NCBI GenBank assembly: GCA_030141605.1
Contig: JAQGDQ010000055.1
Span: 62,001 to 126,000 of the forward strand
DNA length: 64,000 nt
Source: Tubiluchus corallicola
Lineage: Eukaryota > Animalia > Priapulida
Reading direction: 5' to 3'
Shown piece after piece: positions 1 to 38,172 of this stretch (position 1 is the first letter of the stretch; each line of letters starts with the position of its first letter). The notes below the pieces were generated by a model. It had not been told where the DNA came from. It ran no database searches and saw only the letters and a program-made list of their open reading frames with translations. Made by a program: the position numbers and the translations under genes.

Positions 1-219
1 TGAGCTGTAAGACTCTGAACGAAGCATTCCTATAATTAAAATTATAATATCTTAAGTGTGGTGTGGATGACAACGAGACACATTCGTTCCGTATCAGATT
101 GTGCGAGTGGCAAGTGCGAATCAACTGATACGCTACGCGGCGCTGGTGAAGTGGTGATGTCAGCAACCTTGACATGTCATCTGCGCACGCAGGCGACAGG
201 CCGCTGAGCTTGCTGCAAC

Positions 220-25816
<25,597 letters not shown>

Positions 25817-27155
25817 CATCGTCCGGGCGGCTGCGGCTGCCGACTGATTACTAGCACCGCTAAGTGAGATTGTGATGTTTTGTTTATTATAGTTGTATGA
25901 AAATTGTGTGGAAAATTAAACTCTCCTATTGTAATTTATTTAGATTCGGTGGCGATTTTCTTTAGTTAATAACACTTGACGTATGCGACAATAATAAATT
26001 GTGGTTCTTTCTATTTCATTTTGTAGAAGGAAGCTTAGATTAGTCATGAAGATTTAGCATAAACTGCACATAATAGTTAGAGTATTGGCATATCTATTGC
26101 TTTATTTTAAGATAGCATTACATAAGCAGCTGTAAACTCTTTTACCTAACTGTCATATTAGCCATAACATCTTACAGTGATGGGCTTTGTTACTATGCAT
26201 GCACTATTTGATAAATTGTTAAGTTTTACTACTTTAGAATAGACCTAGGGATAGGGAACCGAGATATCAACACATTCCCAATTGATTGAATTTGTTTATA
26301 TATAAGTATATACCATATAACAGTTATTGTAGATTTTTTGTTTTACCATAAGCTTGCCTGAACAAACAGAAAAAGTCCAGAAATGCCTAGTACTTGGTTT
26401 ATGCTAATTACAAGCTATGTGCCAACATGAGCTGATCATACTAATGAGTGTTACCAGTATTTTGGATGTACCATTTATACTGAGAGTTTTTTTGTTTTTC
26501 AGTAATACATATGAGAGCTTGGATTAATTGTACCTGCACTAAGTTATGCAACTGTCAACTTTTGTTTTGTCAAGATATGAGTAACTTGTATTAATAATTT
26601 CTCGGATGCTCAGAGTGCTTAATAATTATTGCTTATGCCATAAGAATCTCAGCCAAATGCTGCCATCTACTGTAAATTTTTAGTACACTTGCCATGAAAC
26701 CACTTTTGGACATGTATAGAAATGTTTTTAGCTCTTGTATAGAGATATTTGTTATATCTGCACTGGATTACTTGGATAGGTTTTTCGATCACGGTGCTGG
26801 TTTGACATGACAACTATGATGTATTTATTGTAAGCTTGTTGAAAACACATAACTGCATAGTTGTGTTGTTTACTGATTAGTTACTCCTTGAATGTCAGTG
26901 TTGTTTATTGATTAGTTACTCCTTGAATTCATTTCTCTGTAACACTGGCATTTAAAAGAAGTTTCATGATCGTAACTAGGTTTTGGTTGACCATAATAGT
27001 TATTGTAATTATGTGCAGCTTTCGTCATCGCTGTAATCAGTAGCATTGGCCCTGAAGAATCAAAAAAGTAATTTCAGTATTCGGGTGTTTATGAAACATG
27101 TAATTGGACAATGTATAAATATCACTGTTTGTATGCTGCGAAGTTGCATTTTTAA

Positions 27156-27161
27156 AATAAA
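27156..27161 (+). promoter_or_regulatory. Candidate polyadenylation signal for the ATPase mRNA
   Basis: AATAAA about 1.3 kb after the stop with GT-rich sequence downstream. Other AATAAA hexamers exist near 25993 and 28015. Confidence 0.3.
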
Positions 27162-28599
27162 ACAATTTATACAGTTGTTAGATTCAACCGGGAATGATGC
27201 TTGTGAAAGAATGTAGATGAAACTCATTCAGGTTTACCATTTAGGAAATATGGAGTTAAGAGTGTTTTAGGTTATATTGCCATGAGCCAATGGGAATTTC
27301 GGGTCAGACTATTTGTAAAGCGAACCGTTGTGTACAGTATTGATGTTTTGCGGCCATTTCTCGTTGTTTGTTGTGCCCATAAGTCAGTTTGTATACTGTG
27401 AATGTCATTCTTGTGTTCGTTGCTGCATCTTAAACACAGTGCTTGTAGGTATAACTTACGGTTTAGTTTCACCTTTTTATGTGCTACATGTAAGAATGGT
27501 TTGTGATGTTTGTACTGTTACTGCCGTATTGTTGCTTGTCCTTCACTAAAAAGTCTCACATTTTGTAGATATTATCACAATTATTATCCACTTTTATTGT
27601 TTGTTGCACACACAGCTTGAATAGCGGATTGGTAGTTTGTTAGTGTTAGAATAATTAATATTTGAGGCAGCAATATTAAGGATGTCCTACGCTTGTATTT
27701 GAAAACTGAGATTATTGTACTTTTCATTATTATTCTTATTTGACATTGTCAATTTGATGACTAGTTTTCACGTAGGAGTAGGAAATATGTCAGTCTTATT
27801 TTAACTACTTTATTGTTTTAGTACTCAGGTTTTTAGCAATTAATGTAGGGCCTACTTGGCTGTTTCAGTTCATTGAACATATTCAGTGCTGTAGGAATAT
27901 AATAGGACTAGGTCACCTTATTTGGCTTGATCATCAAGAGCCTAAGATATTGCCTTTAGCTAATGGTCTTATTCTGTAAATCCTGTTTTGACATCATGAA
28001 TCATGATGAATAATAATAAAGTTAAAATGATACATTATTATGCTACTTATTGTTTGAAAATTAATTCTGTTGCACATTAATTGCATAAAAAGGTCTATAG
28101 ATCTTACATCTTAGGTGTGTAGGTGTGTGGCTACAAGTTTAGGTTCGGGTTTGTAGATCATTTCAATGTTTACGAAGTTCCATCAGAGAAGATGATGTAG
28201 CGAAAAGAAAAATGAACTAAATACCAAGAAACAGAGGTACCAGGAATTTTTTTAATTGCCACTCAGAATGAGCTTGGTACGTTCTCTGGGCTAGGCTGTA
28301 CACCTTGCCAGTGAGTTGGAAGCTTGTAACATTAAAATGCAAAAAATAATAATAATTAATAATAGTAGAGCAAAGGTGTCCAGCCTGAAACGTGGTAGGT
28401 AAATAAAACGGATATGAATAGTATGAACGGTATTTCACAGGAATTACTTTCTATCCAGCAGGTTTTTAAGATTCTAAGAATTCCTACTGAATCTTGATAA
28501 AACGTCATTCGACCATTTTAATGTTTATTGTTGCAGCACAACTCTCAAGTTTTTATGATAAAGTTGACAGATTCCTTTTGTCTCTTTTTGTGATATACC

Positions 28600-29107
28600 C
28601 TGGAACAATAGGAAGATTTCTTTGGATATAAAAATTAGAATATTCTCATCCTTAGTTGAAACTGTGTTTCTGTATTACTGTGAGCTTGGGACATTAAAAG
28701 CAAATCATAAAGCTGAAATCGATGTGTTTCAAAGGCGAAATTACAGAAACATTTTGGGTATCAGATGGCCAAAGAAAATCTGAAACAAAGATCTGTATGA
28801 AAAAATAAAAGAAGAACCTTGGACAAGAAAAATAAAAAGACGCCGTTTAAGATGGATTGGGCATATGCTTAGACTACCTGATGACATTTCAGTGAAGATA
28901 GCTCTTCAGCAAGCCATAGAACCAGCTAAAAAACCTGCAGGAGGACAAATGTTAACATATTTAGATTTTGCTCAGAAAGATTTAAACACTTCAACATTGA
29001 TCCTGAGAAATAAATGCACTTGGGGCATTGCGGCGAGCAGGGAGTCCTGGCATAGGGAGGTGAGCAGAATCATGTCCCTGGACGTATGATTCATTAGATG
29101 ATGATGA
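28600..29107 (+). mobile_element. 5'-truncated RTE-clade LINE, 3' end with (GAT)n tail
   Basis: Translates as KIRIFSSLVETVFLYYCE..IDVFQRR..RNILGIRWPKKI*NKDLY..IKRRRLRWIGHMLRLPD..W.IAASRESW, typical of the RTE ORF C-terminus, followed by GATGATGATGA. Confidence 0.85.
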
Positions 29108-29134
29108 GTTTGTATCGATTGGATTTGCCTGGAG

Positions 29135-32100
29135 ATGGCGACCGCGCTGAAGCACGCGAAAGTTTTGTTGTCAAAGTTGGAATCATCAGATATGCACGCA
29201 GATATGAATACGATATGCAACGTTTGTGGCACGAAATCGTGCATGAATACGGACACCAGGACCCTTACTTGCTTGCATTGCAAGCAAATGCAAGGGCATT
29301 CACAAACTAGTGTGTACTCGAGTGGTGGTAGTAGCAGTTTAAACAAACGGGGGCATCGGGAACATTTTGTAAAACGTGTTGAGCAAACGGAGAAGACGAA
29401 CAATGTTGCTGATGAATGTGATGATACGTGTGAGGACACATCTTACGTGAATAGCAGGCAAGCTGTTGGGCAGCCGTTAACACGAAAGAGTGCTAGAAAT
29501 CATACTCGCTTTCAAACTAGAAAGTCTGGTTTTTCATTTTTAGGAAAGGCCGCTGTTACCAAGGGACGCAATCGCAGAGTTCTCCTTCGCAAATATGTGA
29601 GTTTAAAGGAGAAGGAAGTCATATTACAAACCCACTAAAGTTTACTTTAGGCCCCGAGGCCAGTTATCCAATGACGACACCTCACTGTAGATTTTGATCA
29701 GTTACTGTAATCTCTAATAATCTGTAATCTGCAAATTTCTGAAACCTCTGTGTGAAATTTGCAATATATGTTTCTTTTGTAGGATAGATTTGAGTTCTAA
29801 CTAATATGAACAAGTTGAAGGGAAATAATCAAAAAATGAACTGGGCAGTTTCAATGCGCCATCATTATTCGTACAATACTTCAAGTATCTAAAACTGTCC
29901 AAACTAATATAGGTTCAAAGAGCCAGAGTAGACGTACTGGTCTTAACTTTAGTGAAAGAGCTATAGCCGAAAAAGGATTTTTCAATGTAGTTTAGATATT
30001 ATAAGTAAAACTTGTAGAGTTTAGTATCTGGCTGATAGAAGTCAGTTCCATCAAGCTGGATTTGGAATTGTATTGAGATAATTTCAGAATCAGGGGAAGG
30101 ATATTTTTTGATTCTTGAGAAGCTAAAGCTGTTAGACTAAGAACCACTCTGCATCCAGCCGAGATTTGATCCCGACCTGACATGTTACTGTTATTACTCA
30201 AGGAAATAGCAAAGAAATTTGACACAATTTGCATTAATTAGCACTACAACTGCAAACTAGTATATTGTTGTTGGCTGTCATATTCTTTCGCCTTGAAGCT
30301 AATGGTGTTTTCATGAGTGCATGATTGCCTAACTTTGTCATTTTGGTGTGTGATAAATTGGCAAAATTTTAGGTTTTTTATAAATAGGTGCCGAAAATTA
30401 ACCAGTTTTGCATGGTAAAATGCCAAGGTAAAAACAGTGTATTGATTAGTAAACTTTGTGTGTAAGGCGTAGTTTATTTAAATACGAACCTAGAAGTTGT
30501 AAGATATTATAAAAAACATTTTTATAGTTGCCTTCAGAAATTTTATATACTTTACACGAGGTATAAAGTATCTATTAAAAGTTTCATTGTGTACAGTAGT
30601 ACTTACTTCAGTTGTGCAAGTTGTAAAATTTGACACCTGCACCAATATATGCCTTTATCAACATGCTAAATAATTTAAAAAAAAACTGTGTGTTCGTGTC
30701 TCGTGCTTTCCAGGTGAAGTAATTCAACATGGAACACAAACAAGTTTTTTTTTCTTCATAGAAGCCCACACACTTAAGGGTCAAATACAGTGTATTGTGT
30801 GTAGTGTCACTTTTGCACAAAAACAGAAAGATAATGCTTTAACTAAGATTTTCTCGTACTTTTAACTTTTTCAGGTGGTTTATACAAGAGGAATTTTACG
30901 TTTTTTGTGTCTTCATATACTTGCCAGACATAGTCATATAAGAGTGTATTTTTTTAATTTATAATATAAAACGCAATAATTATTATAGCATCGTTGTTTT
31001 GGCAAGGACGCAAACACGTTTTTCTATGGCTAATTTGCAGCCAGGGTTGCTATTTTCTACGATGCTGATTATCGTATTGGAGGTTAAAACTGTCATATTT
31101 TCTGCCGAATTGACGTATTAATGGCCGAGTAGTGTTGCCGCTTATACATAATTATCAGAACACATTATACAAAATGTAGCATATACAGTAATCAGCATTA
31201 AACATTCACAAAAAATTTCCTCCCTAAGGACATCTTTTGAGCTTTTGTGGTAAGACAGAAACAAATTTTTTGTGGCTGCCTTAAGAAAGCCATTGCCAGC
31301 ACATTTATTTAGCCTACAATTTTCCAAAGCTTCATGTGCAAAACCGAACAAAGTGTTTTGGAGGAAACTGCAACTTCGAAGCCGAATTTCATTCGGAAGG
31401 AAGCCATAAAATTTAGTAAAATTAGTATGAAATTTTAATTTTCAGTTAGCTCTTTTAATTAAATAAAACTTGTTTTTATGTTAAATTTGACCTTTAGTAC
31501 TGCAGTTTCTTATAGCTGTACTAGAAATGAAACATTGTACACTATGTTGTAACCAATGTGTTTTCTGCTGCAGTTCTGAGCACTTCTATTTCTGTCATAG
31601 CTATGCCGTTTTATAGCAATAGAAAATAAAATAAGTGAAATAATGCGAAAATAAATTCTATTAGTAGGCCTTAAGTCTTTAGTGGGATACATATGAACTG
31701 TCTTGCAGCATCATTGTGCTGAAATGCATATATGTTTATCAATTCCAACCTAGTAGTTAGGTTTATAGCAAGGCGCGTTCACTACATTGTGACCTATTTG
31801 AAATATAATTTTTCTTTTGTTTAATGACTGGAAACCCATTCGAAAGTTATTATGCAAGTTGTTATAAACTTTGCATGTCCTGAGCAAATTTTACAAAAAA
31901 CTGAAATGCTTTCGTTTCTTATTGGGCCAATCATTATTGCTCCATTTGTTTTATATTTTCAGCCTTGCAAAGCCCCATCAGCAGTTGCCACGCCTGTCAC
32001 AAGTACTTGTATATGGTACAAAGTATGTACTATAATATCATTTATCTTTTATTTTCATGTATGGCAAAGGTAAAACTTTTATCCAGTGCAATCCAATTTT

Positions 32101-35100
32101 TGCTTATGTGCACACACAGACGTGTAGAGGGTGGTACATAAGCTTTTGTTAGTAGGAGGGGTACAAAAACAATGAGTAAGACAGTAAGTCTAATAGTAAA
32201 AAACAATTTTTTACATTAAAGTACTGGTCAAATAATAGCGAATCTTTCATGGTAGGAAAATTTAGCACGTGTACGCCTTGTGGTCTCTTACAACCTGAAT
32301 CTTGAGGAGTACGGCAGTTGCAGCAACTTGCAAAACTGAAGATTTTCCAACGATTGTTGACGTCTCCTGTGATTGTCTATTCATTACTGCTCAACGGCAT
32401 GCTCATGGATCGTCTAAGCTCCTACTTTGTTGCAGAGACTTGCAGAACTAAAGATGTTCCAATTGTTGCGATTGTCTCACACGATCGTTTATTGAATAAT
32501 GCTCAATGGCATGTTTTTGAATCATCTAAGCTTCTGCTTTGTCTTTCAAAATAGCTCCAATGTGTTTGGTAGGCTTAAGGTCCTGGAGAAAAAATCTTTG
32601 CATCTCAGGTTGCTACTGCAGTCATGCCCTTCAAGATTACAAACTGAAGAAGACACTCGAGACTTGGGTGTGAAGACGATTAACAACTTTCATGTTACAG
32701 TACTATTTAATGCTTTACTTTATGAATTAATAATGATGCATCACGCCGAATGTTTTTGAACCGTTTGTTGAAATACTTAATTGGCTCTCTTCGATGTGTT
32801 TTAAAACAGACACTCATCTTATAATCTTATTTACTGTTACTACGTAATTGTTTTCGTATAATCTGAAATGAAAATAGCAAAGTTTTCCTGGAGCAGCCGG
32901 GTCAAAAATGGGGAGCGACAGCAATAATGTACGGAACAAATTGCAATGAAAATTCAGATGTTTTAAACCCTGTTGATCGTTTTTGTACACCTCTAGCAAA
33001 ATGTCAAGTACTACCTTGTATTTTGTATACATGCATTACACGTAGTTTTAGATATATATATATCACATGACACATGTCGCATGTTTCACCTAATCGGAGC
33101 ATTTTTTTGAAATTTTGAGATACTAATTTTTTGGGGTTGATTGTGTCTGTGCATTTTTGATGTTATTGTCTGTGCAATTTCCGTTATTGTAAACAGATCT
33201 GTTTATAAAATTCTAAATATTTACAATATCTTCTTGTGTGTGATTGTTGCTTTAATGTATACCTTAAGTTACCTTACCTACTTTTATTATTATAATTATT
33301 TTTAATTTTTATTCTAAACAACAAGTAGCACGGCTGTTGTTGGGTTGTTTTGTGAGTCATGTTCATTTGCATATCAAGCAAAGAATTTAAAAGAAAACCG
33401 GACAATAGATTAGACTCGATGTCATTTTAATTTACTGTGCATTTCTGCCTACAAAGGTTAGCAAGTGTTAATTATGTTTGAATAATTAGCTTGGAAAATT
33501 AATTAACGACAGTTGTCGTTTACTTCACAAACTAACCACAATTTGTGCTATGGCAGGCATCTTCCCTGCGTGTCAAGCATGTCTGCATAAGCGAAGATTG
33601 CTATATGATGCTCATGTTCATGCTTATCACTGTACTGTGCCTTATTTGTCGACTTCATGAGTGTGCCAGTTTTACTGTATTTGCTAAGCTGCATGTAGCT
33701 TTGAAATGTTAACAAAATTTAACTATCTGATGTAATTCTTATTTAATCTAAGCTTTAATTTGAAAAAAGCTATTGTAGTTTTCAATATTTTAGAGTATAC
33801 TGTATTCTGAACTAATGTCTGCACAATCGCCCGGTTTTCTTTTAATGCTAAAAATAACTTGACTAATAAGTTATGCTTAAAAATTGTGCTATATAACAAT
33901 CATCAATAAGCTACAAACAAAAAGTAATTTATAATTCGACAGAATGTAATCCAGCTTTCTAGAGACTTCGCTATTATTCTGAATTGAATAGACATTTTAA
34001 TTGACTTGAAAGAAAAGATTTCTTTCTTGTTTCATGTAAATTTTTATTGCAGGACGTCTATATGCAGATAGGAGACGTTGTTTCATTGGTTGATGAAGAT
34101 GATAAGAAAGAGTATTATGCTCAGATACAGGGATTTGTTACCGATCAGTACTGCCAGAAGAGTGCAGTAATTCGATGGCTTATTCCAACTACGTCTAGTC
34201 CTCGCTTTGGCTTTGACCCAGCTACATACATTTTAGGTAAGAGTGATTTTTTGTAGTTTGTTTTAATGCAAGCTAGTTTTCAGCACGCAATGGCAGTGTT
34301 GTTTTAATTAATTAAATATTATAACTAGTTATTTGATTATATCAATATTAGAGTTAGGACCTGAAACGTGCTAATTATTAAGAAGAGTAACTTGAGATGA
34401 AAACCTTAGGTCTTTAACCATATTTGGTGGTCAAGCATCCTCTGTCAAGAAGGGAGTGTGGCTGATGAATATGTTCGTTAAGCAGTCCTTTGCAGTTTTA
34501 TCTGTGTTTGCACTAAGGTTTTGAATGAATCCATACATTACATGGGAAAATGTTTTATAAACTTTAGCTTTTGTTACCTGTGTACTGAAATTGAAGAGCA
34601 ACTGAGGAGTTGTGAAACTCTTGAACTCATAAATACATGCTATAAGCAGAACTGAATTCTTAAATGTTTATATTTGTTGCACACATTTTGAGGGAAAGAA
34701 CACGTCACTCGTATGTTGGGTTTATCTTACTGTTATCTCTTTAACTTAGAAAACTATAGCAAAGGAATTTGCGAAAAAACTATCTATAAAGCTTAAATAT
34801 AAAATATACTACCTTTGAATAGAAATTTTCAGGCGTGGTGGTTGCCGCCATTCACTTGGAAATTTTGACGTAACTGGGACACTTCCTGACTTTTCGTAAG
34901 CATGCTTCTTAAACTAATTCAAACTTGTGCAGCTTACCTAATGTTTATACAAAAATATTACAAAATTAGCTACCTGTTTTTTTTTGTGAAAGCTTATTAT
35001 ATTTTTGACGGAGATTGATAGTGGCTACGTTTCTTCAGGACGAATGACGTCATTGGAAGAAGAATGGCCATTCAAAATGGGAGCACCTAAGCGGGAAACG

Positions 35101-35486
35101 ATCACGACTTTAAAGTGATTTTACTAGTCACACCATGTGCTTATTGGAGCTTTACTACTAAATCTGTCTATAATTTTTTGCAAACATTGAAATAAACCCA
35201 ACTTCCTAGAAGACTTGGCCTTTCCTTTAACATATTCAGGATTACTTAAGATAGAAACAAACAAAGAAACCATCCCTTTTTCAGTGTAATTTTGGCATAT
35301 TTCTTTAGTCTTAGTAAGATTGCTATTGAAATTTTTCCTGCAGGGCCAGCTGAAGATCTCCCTCGAAGTCTTGATTACATGGAGTTTGTGTGCCATGCGC
35401 CAACTGACTACTTCAGTTTGAGAAGTGTCCACAATGTTTGTACAAGCACTAGTAATCAACATGGAACCATTTACACAAGAATCTAA
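29135..35486 (+). CDS. GATAD1: GATA zinc finger domain-containing protein 1 orthologue, 4 coding exons, about 282 aa
   Basis: Exons 29135-29596, 31963-32022, 34053-34236, 35344-35486 (GT-AG, in phase, 849 nt). TKGRNRR..PCKAP..QIGDVVSLVDEDDKKEYYAQIQGFVTDQYCQKSA..WLIPT..FDPATYILGPAEDLPR..EFVCHAP matches the conserved GATAD1 C-terminal region. N-terminal CxxC..CxxC finger. Start codon uncertain (29135, 29192 or 29204, or an upstream exon). Confidence 0.9.
30888..31284 (+). repeat. Dispersed repeat family C, copy 3 (internal deletion)
   Basis: Shares the 5' and 3' blocks of 5035-5587 but lacks the middle part. Confidence 0.7.
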
Positions 35487-35508
35487 TGGTACTTTTTTGT
35501 TTCACATA

Positions 35509-36244
35509 CAGTAAGTCCTCGCTTAACGATGATAATGATAATACGTTCCAGAAAAATGTGACGTTAAGCGAAATTTGGTTAAACGAAACCTAGTCTTCCA
35601 TAGAAGGTAATGTAAAAGAATTCCAGAAGCAAAAATCAATGCTAAATCGTATAAATTAAACGTTTTGTGGGTTTTCTTTCTAATTTCTTTATGGGTCTAA
35701 TTTCTTTCTATTTGCTTGAAACCATCTATCTTTCTATAATATCTAGCTAAACTAGCTAGCGGTTCTCTTTCTGTAATGTTGAAGCATATATATATATATA
35801 TATATGTATAGACAGTTAAACGAGCCTGCATGAAGCGACCTTGAAATAATTTCATGTAGTGCTAACCTGGCTGTTATAGCAAACAGCTTGCTTGCAGATA
35901 AAATTCCTTGCCATAAAATTTAAACTCGGGTGTCCCTTGATACAAATGGCTAAAGCAGCTAGAACTTAGTACGTGGTCAGTTAGGAAGCAAAAGCATTAT
36001 CATAATTGCACTGTTTAGGTTACTAATGCATTTTTAAAACAGAATAATGCAATGTGTACCATTTAATGCTTCAAATTAATTAAAAAACTTTGTTGATAAA
36101 ATAAAAATGACTGTGAGCGAAGTAAAAAAAATTATCGTTAAAATGAAACATACGTTGTTAAGTGAGAAAAGGGTGTCAATTGTTCAGCGTCGTTAAAACG
36201 AAATGTCACTGAACGGGGAGTCATTAAGCGTTAAGGATTTACTG
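35509..36244. mobile_element. pogo/Tigger-like (Tc1/mariner) MITE, copy 1, just after the GATAD1 stop
   Basis: TA|CAGTAAGTCCTCGCTTAA ... TTAAGGATTTACTG|TA; interior is reverse-complementary to 58626-59069. Confidence 0.8.
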
Positions 36245-37212
36245 TACTTAGAGTTGGGAAATTATCATTTACCTAAAACAGATGTACCTTTGTGTTTAAT
36301 TTAGTACTCATTTTAGATCTTTGTAAAGCCAGAACCTGGCTACTGTAGACTTATCTGACCTAAATACTTAAGATTTTCAGATTTTTTAATTTAAGCTTGA
36401 CTGCACAGTGCACTAGGGAACAGAAATGAGATATTCAATGATAAATTTTCAATTTTCTTTGAAAGAAACAATATTGATGTTGTGTCAGGACTTACGTAAC
36501 CCATAAACTGGTAACTATTGTGTTGTAATTTTTGTGCCAGCTAGTTTTACACAGCTGAATATTGCAGTCACTAGTAAGTATATCGAAGTGACGTTGTGTG
36601 GCTGATCAAAGACGCACACACAAAAAACACTGATGTTCAACTGGTAGTGGTATGTTCAACTTGCTAATGCAGCAAAAGTTTATTATATATGCAGATTTGT
36701 TGTACTGCTTGCTCAGAATCGCATGTCATGCTCTGTTTTCTTATTTTTTAATTATTTTAGAAAAATTACTGGGCAATTTAAGTGACAACATGTTAAGAAA
36801 GGGTTGAGTTGTTGTCAAGATGATTAGCCAAGCAGTCCTGCTGTCACCTGTTATACTTTGATCAAAAATTTTAGAAATAAATAGCACGAGTTCGTGTAAA
36901 ACAGTGCGAACGATACTTTCGTTTTTCTCTCCTTAATTCCCTAAGAATACAGTTACCCAAATAACAGGATTTTAAATCACTGGATAATAGGGATAACCTG
37001 TGCCTAAGATTTGATTTAACTGATCCGGAGGGTGCACTAGCCTCAGTTGCACATGCTTTGGAATCCAAACATTGATCCGATGGCAAGAGGTAGTCGAGAC
37101 GATTTCTGCTGCGAGCTGCCGGGACTCAGATCCTTTAGAGCCCGCTCCTTCGTCCGCCTGCTCGCCGGACATATCCTTCGTTCGCCTTCACAGTCAAACT
37201 CAAGGAACAAGT

Positions 37213-38172
37213 TAGTGATGGGCAATTAATAGATTAATCGAGATTACAACCATGTATAAATGTATTATGTATAAATCGACATAATCGGATATTGAACAGT
37301 AATTCGATTAATTGAGGACAAAATATACATGTTATGCACTGAAAAGCAGTGTTTTAGCACAAATACACAATTTTTTCATTTTTCATTTTTCTTCCTTTTT
37401 CTCACCTTGCACAATGCACACAATTGTAAACCACAGTGTCAGTGTTGCAAACACAGTGCTTCTTATTCGTTTTCACGTGACATGTGCAGGGATGAGAATT
37501 TTCCGCGGATACGCGGAATTCCGAGTTTTTGGAAGACCAGTAGTGCCATTTTTGTAAATCGCATAAATTCGTTGAGAACATTTGTACGGACCCAGTACGC
37601 TATTTCACAAGCTGACCGCTAGTTGGCAGGCCGTCACTTTATTTACCTCACGTACATCAGTGTAACCACGTGTATAAAAATATAGAATCTATTGTGCGGA
37701 GTTATTTGAGTCAATTGCAGACAGTTTTTATATACTCTTGCATAGGAGCGGCCAGTACTTAGGCGTTTTTGATACAATTAGGTATCATGTATCCTTGATA
37801 GTTGGGTATTTTAAATTATGCATGAAACAAGGTAATTGATATTTTAAGTCCACTTAGAGGCTCTCTATGGTCACAAAATTGCAATTTCAACCCCATTGGG
37901 GGCCTAGGTGGCCCCAAAAACCCCGGCCTGTTTCAGAGTTTTTTGAAATTTGTCATTCTCATCCCTGGACATGTGTAGTTGACATAGTTGTCTATAAAAT
38001 AGTTTGGGAGTATAGAAATGAAAGACAGCAACAAAAGTCATGAAGAAGTTTACAGGTTATATTTCAGTGGTGCAATGTTTGGAAAATATTACCACAAAAG
38101 ATTAATTGTGATATCAAATTACAAGAACAACATTGTAATCGAACTAGAAAATTTCAAAGTCGCCCATCACTA
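37213..38172. mobile_element. hAT MITE (outer element of a nested pair)
   Basis: Perfect 11-bp TIR TAGTGATGGGC / GCCCATCACTA; 8-bp flanks GAACAAGT / GAGCGAGT (6/8); subterminal ATCG/TAATCG repeats. Confidence 0.75.
37487..37967. mobile_element. hAT MITE (inner element of the nested pair)
   Basis: Perfect 13-bp TIR CAGGGATGAGAAT / ATTCTCATCCCTG and a perfect 8-bp TSD GACATGTG (37479-37486, 37968-37975). Related partial sequence at about 63500-63680. Confidence 0.9.

Noticed and set aside
28972-29439. 155-aa antisense ORF over GATAD1 exon 1
   Set aside because: Shadow ORF of the coding exon and RTE remnant; no recognisable domain.
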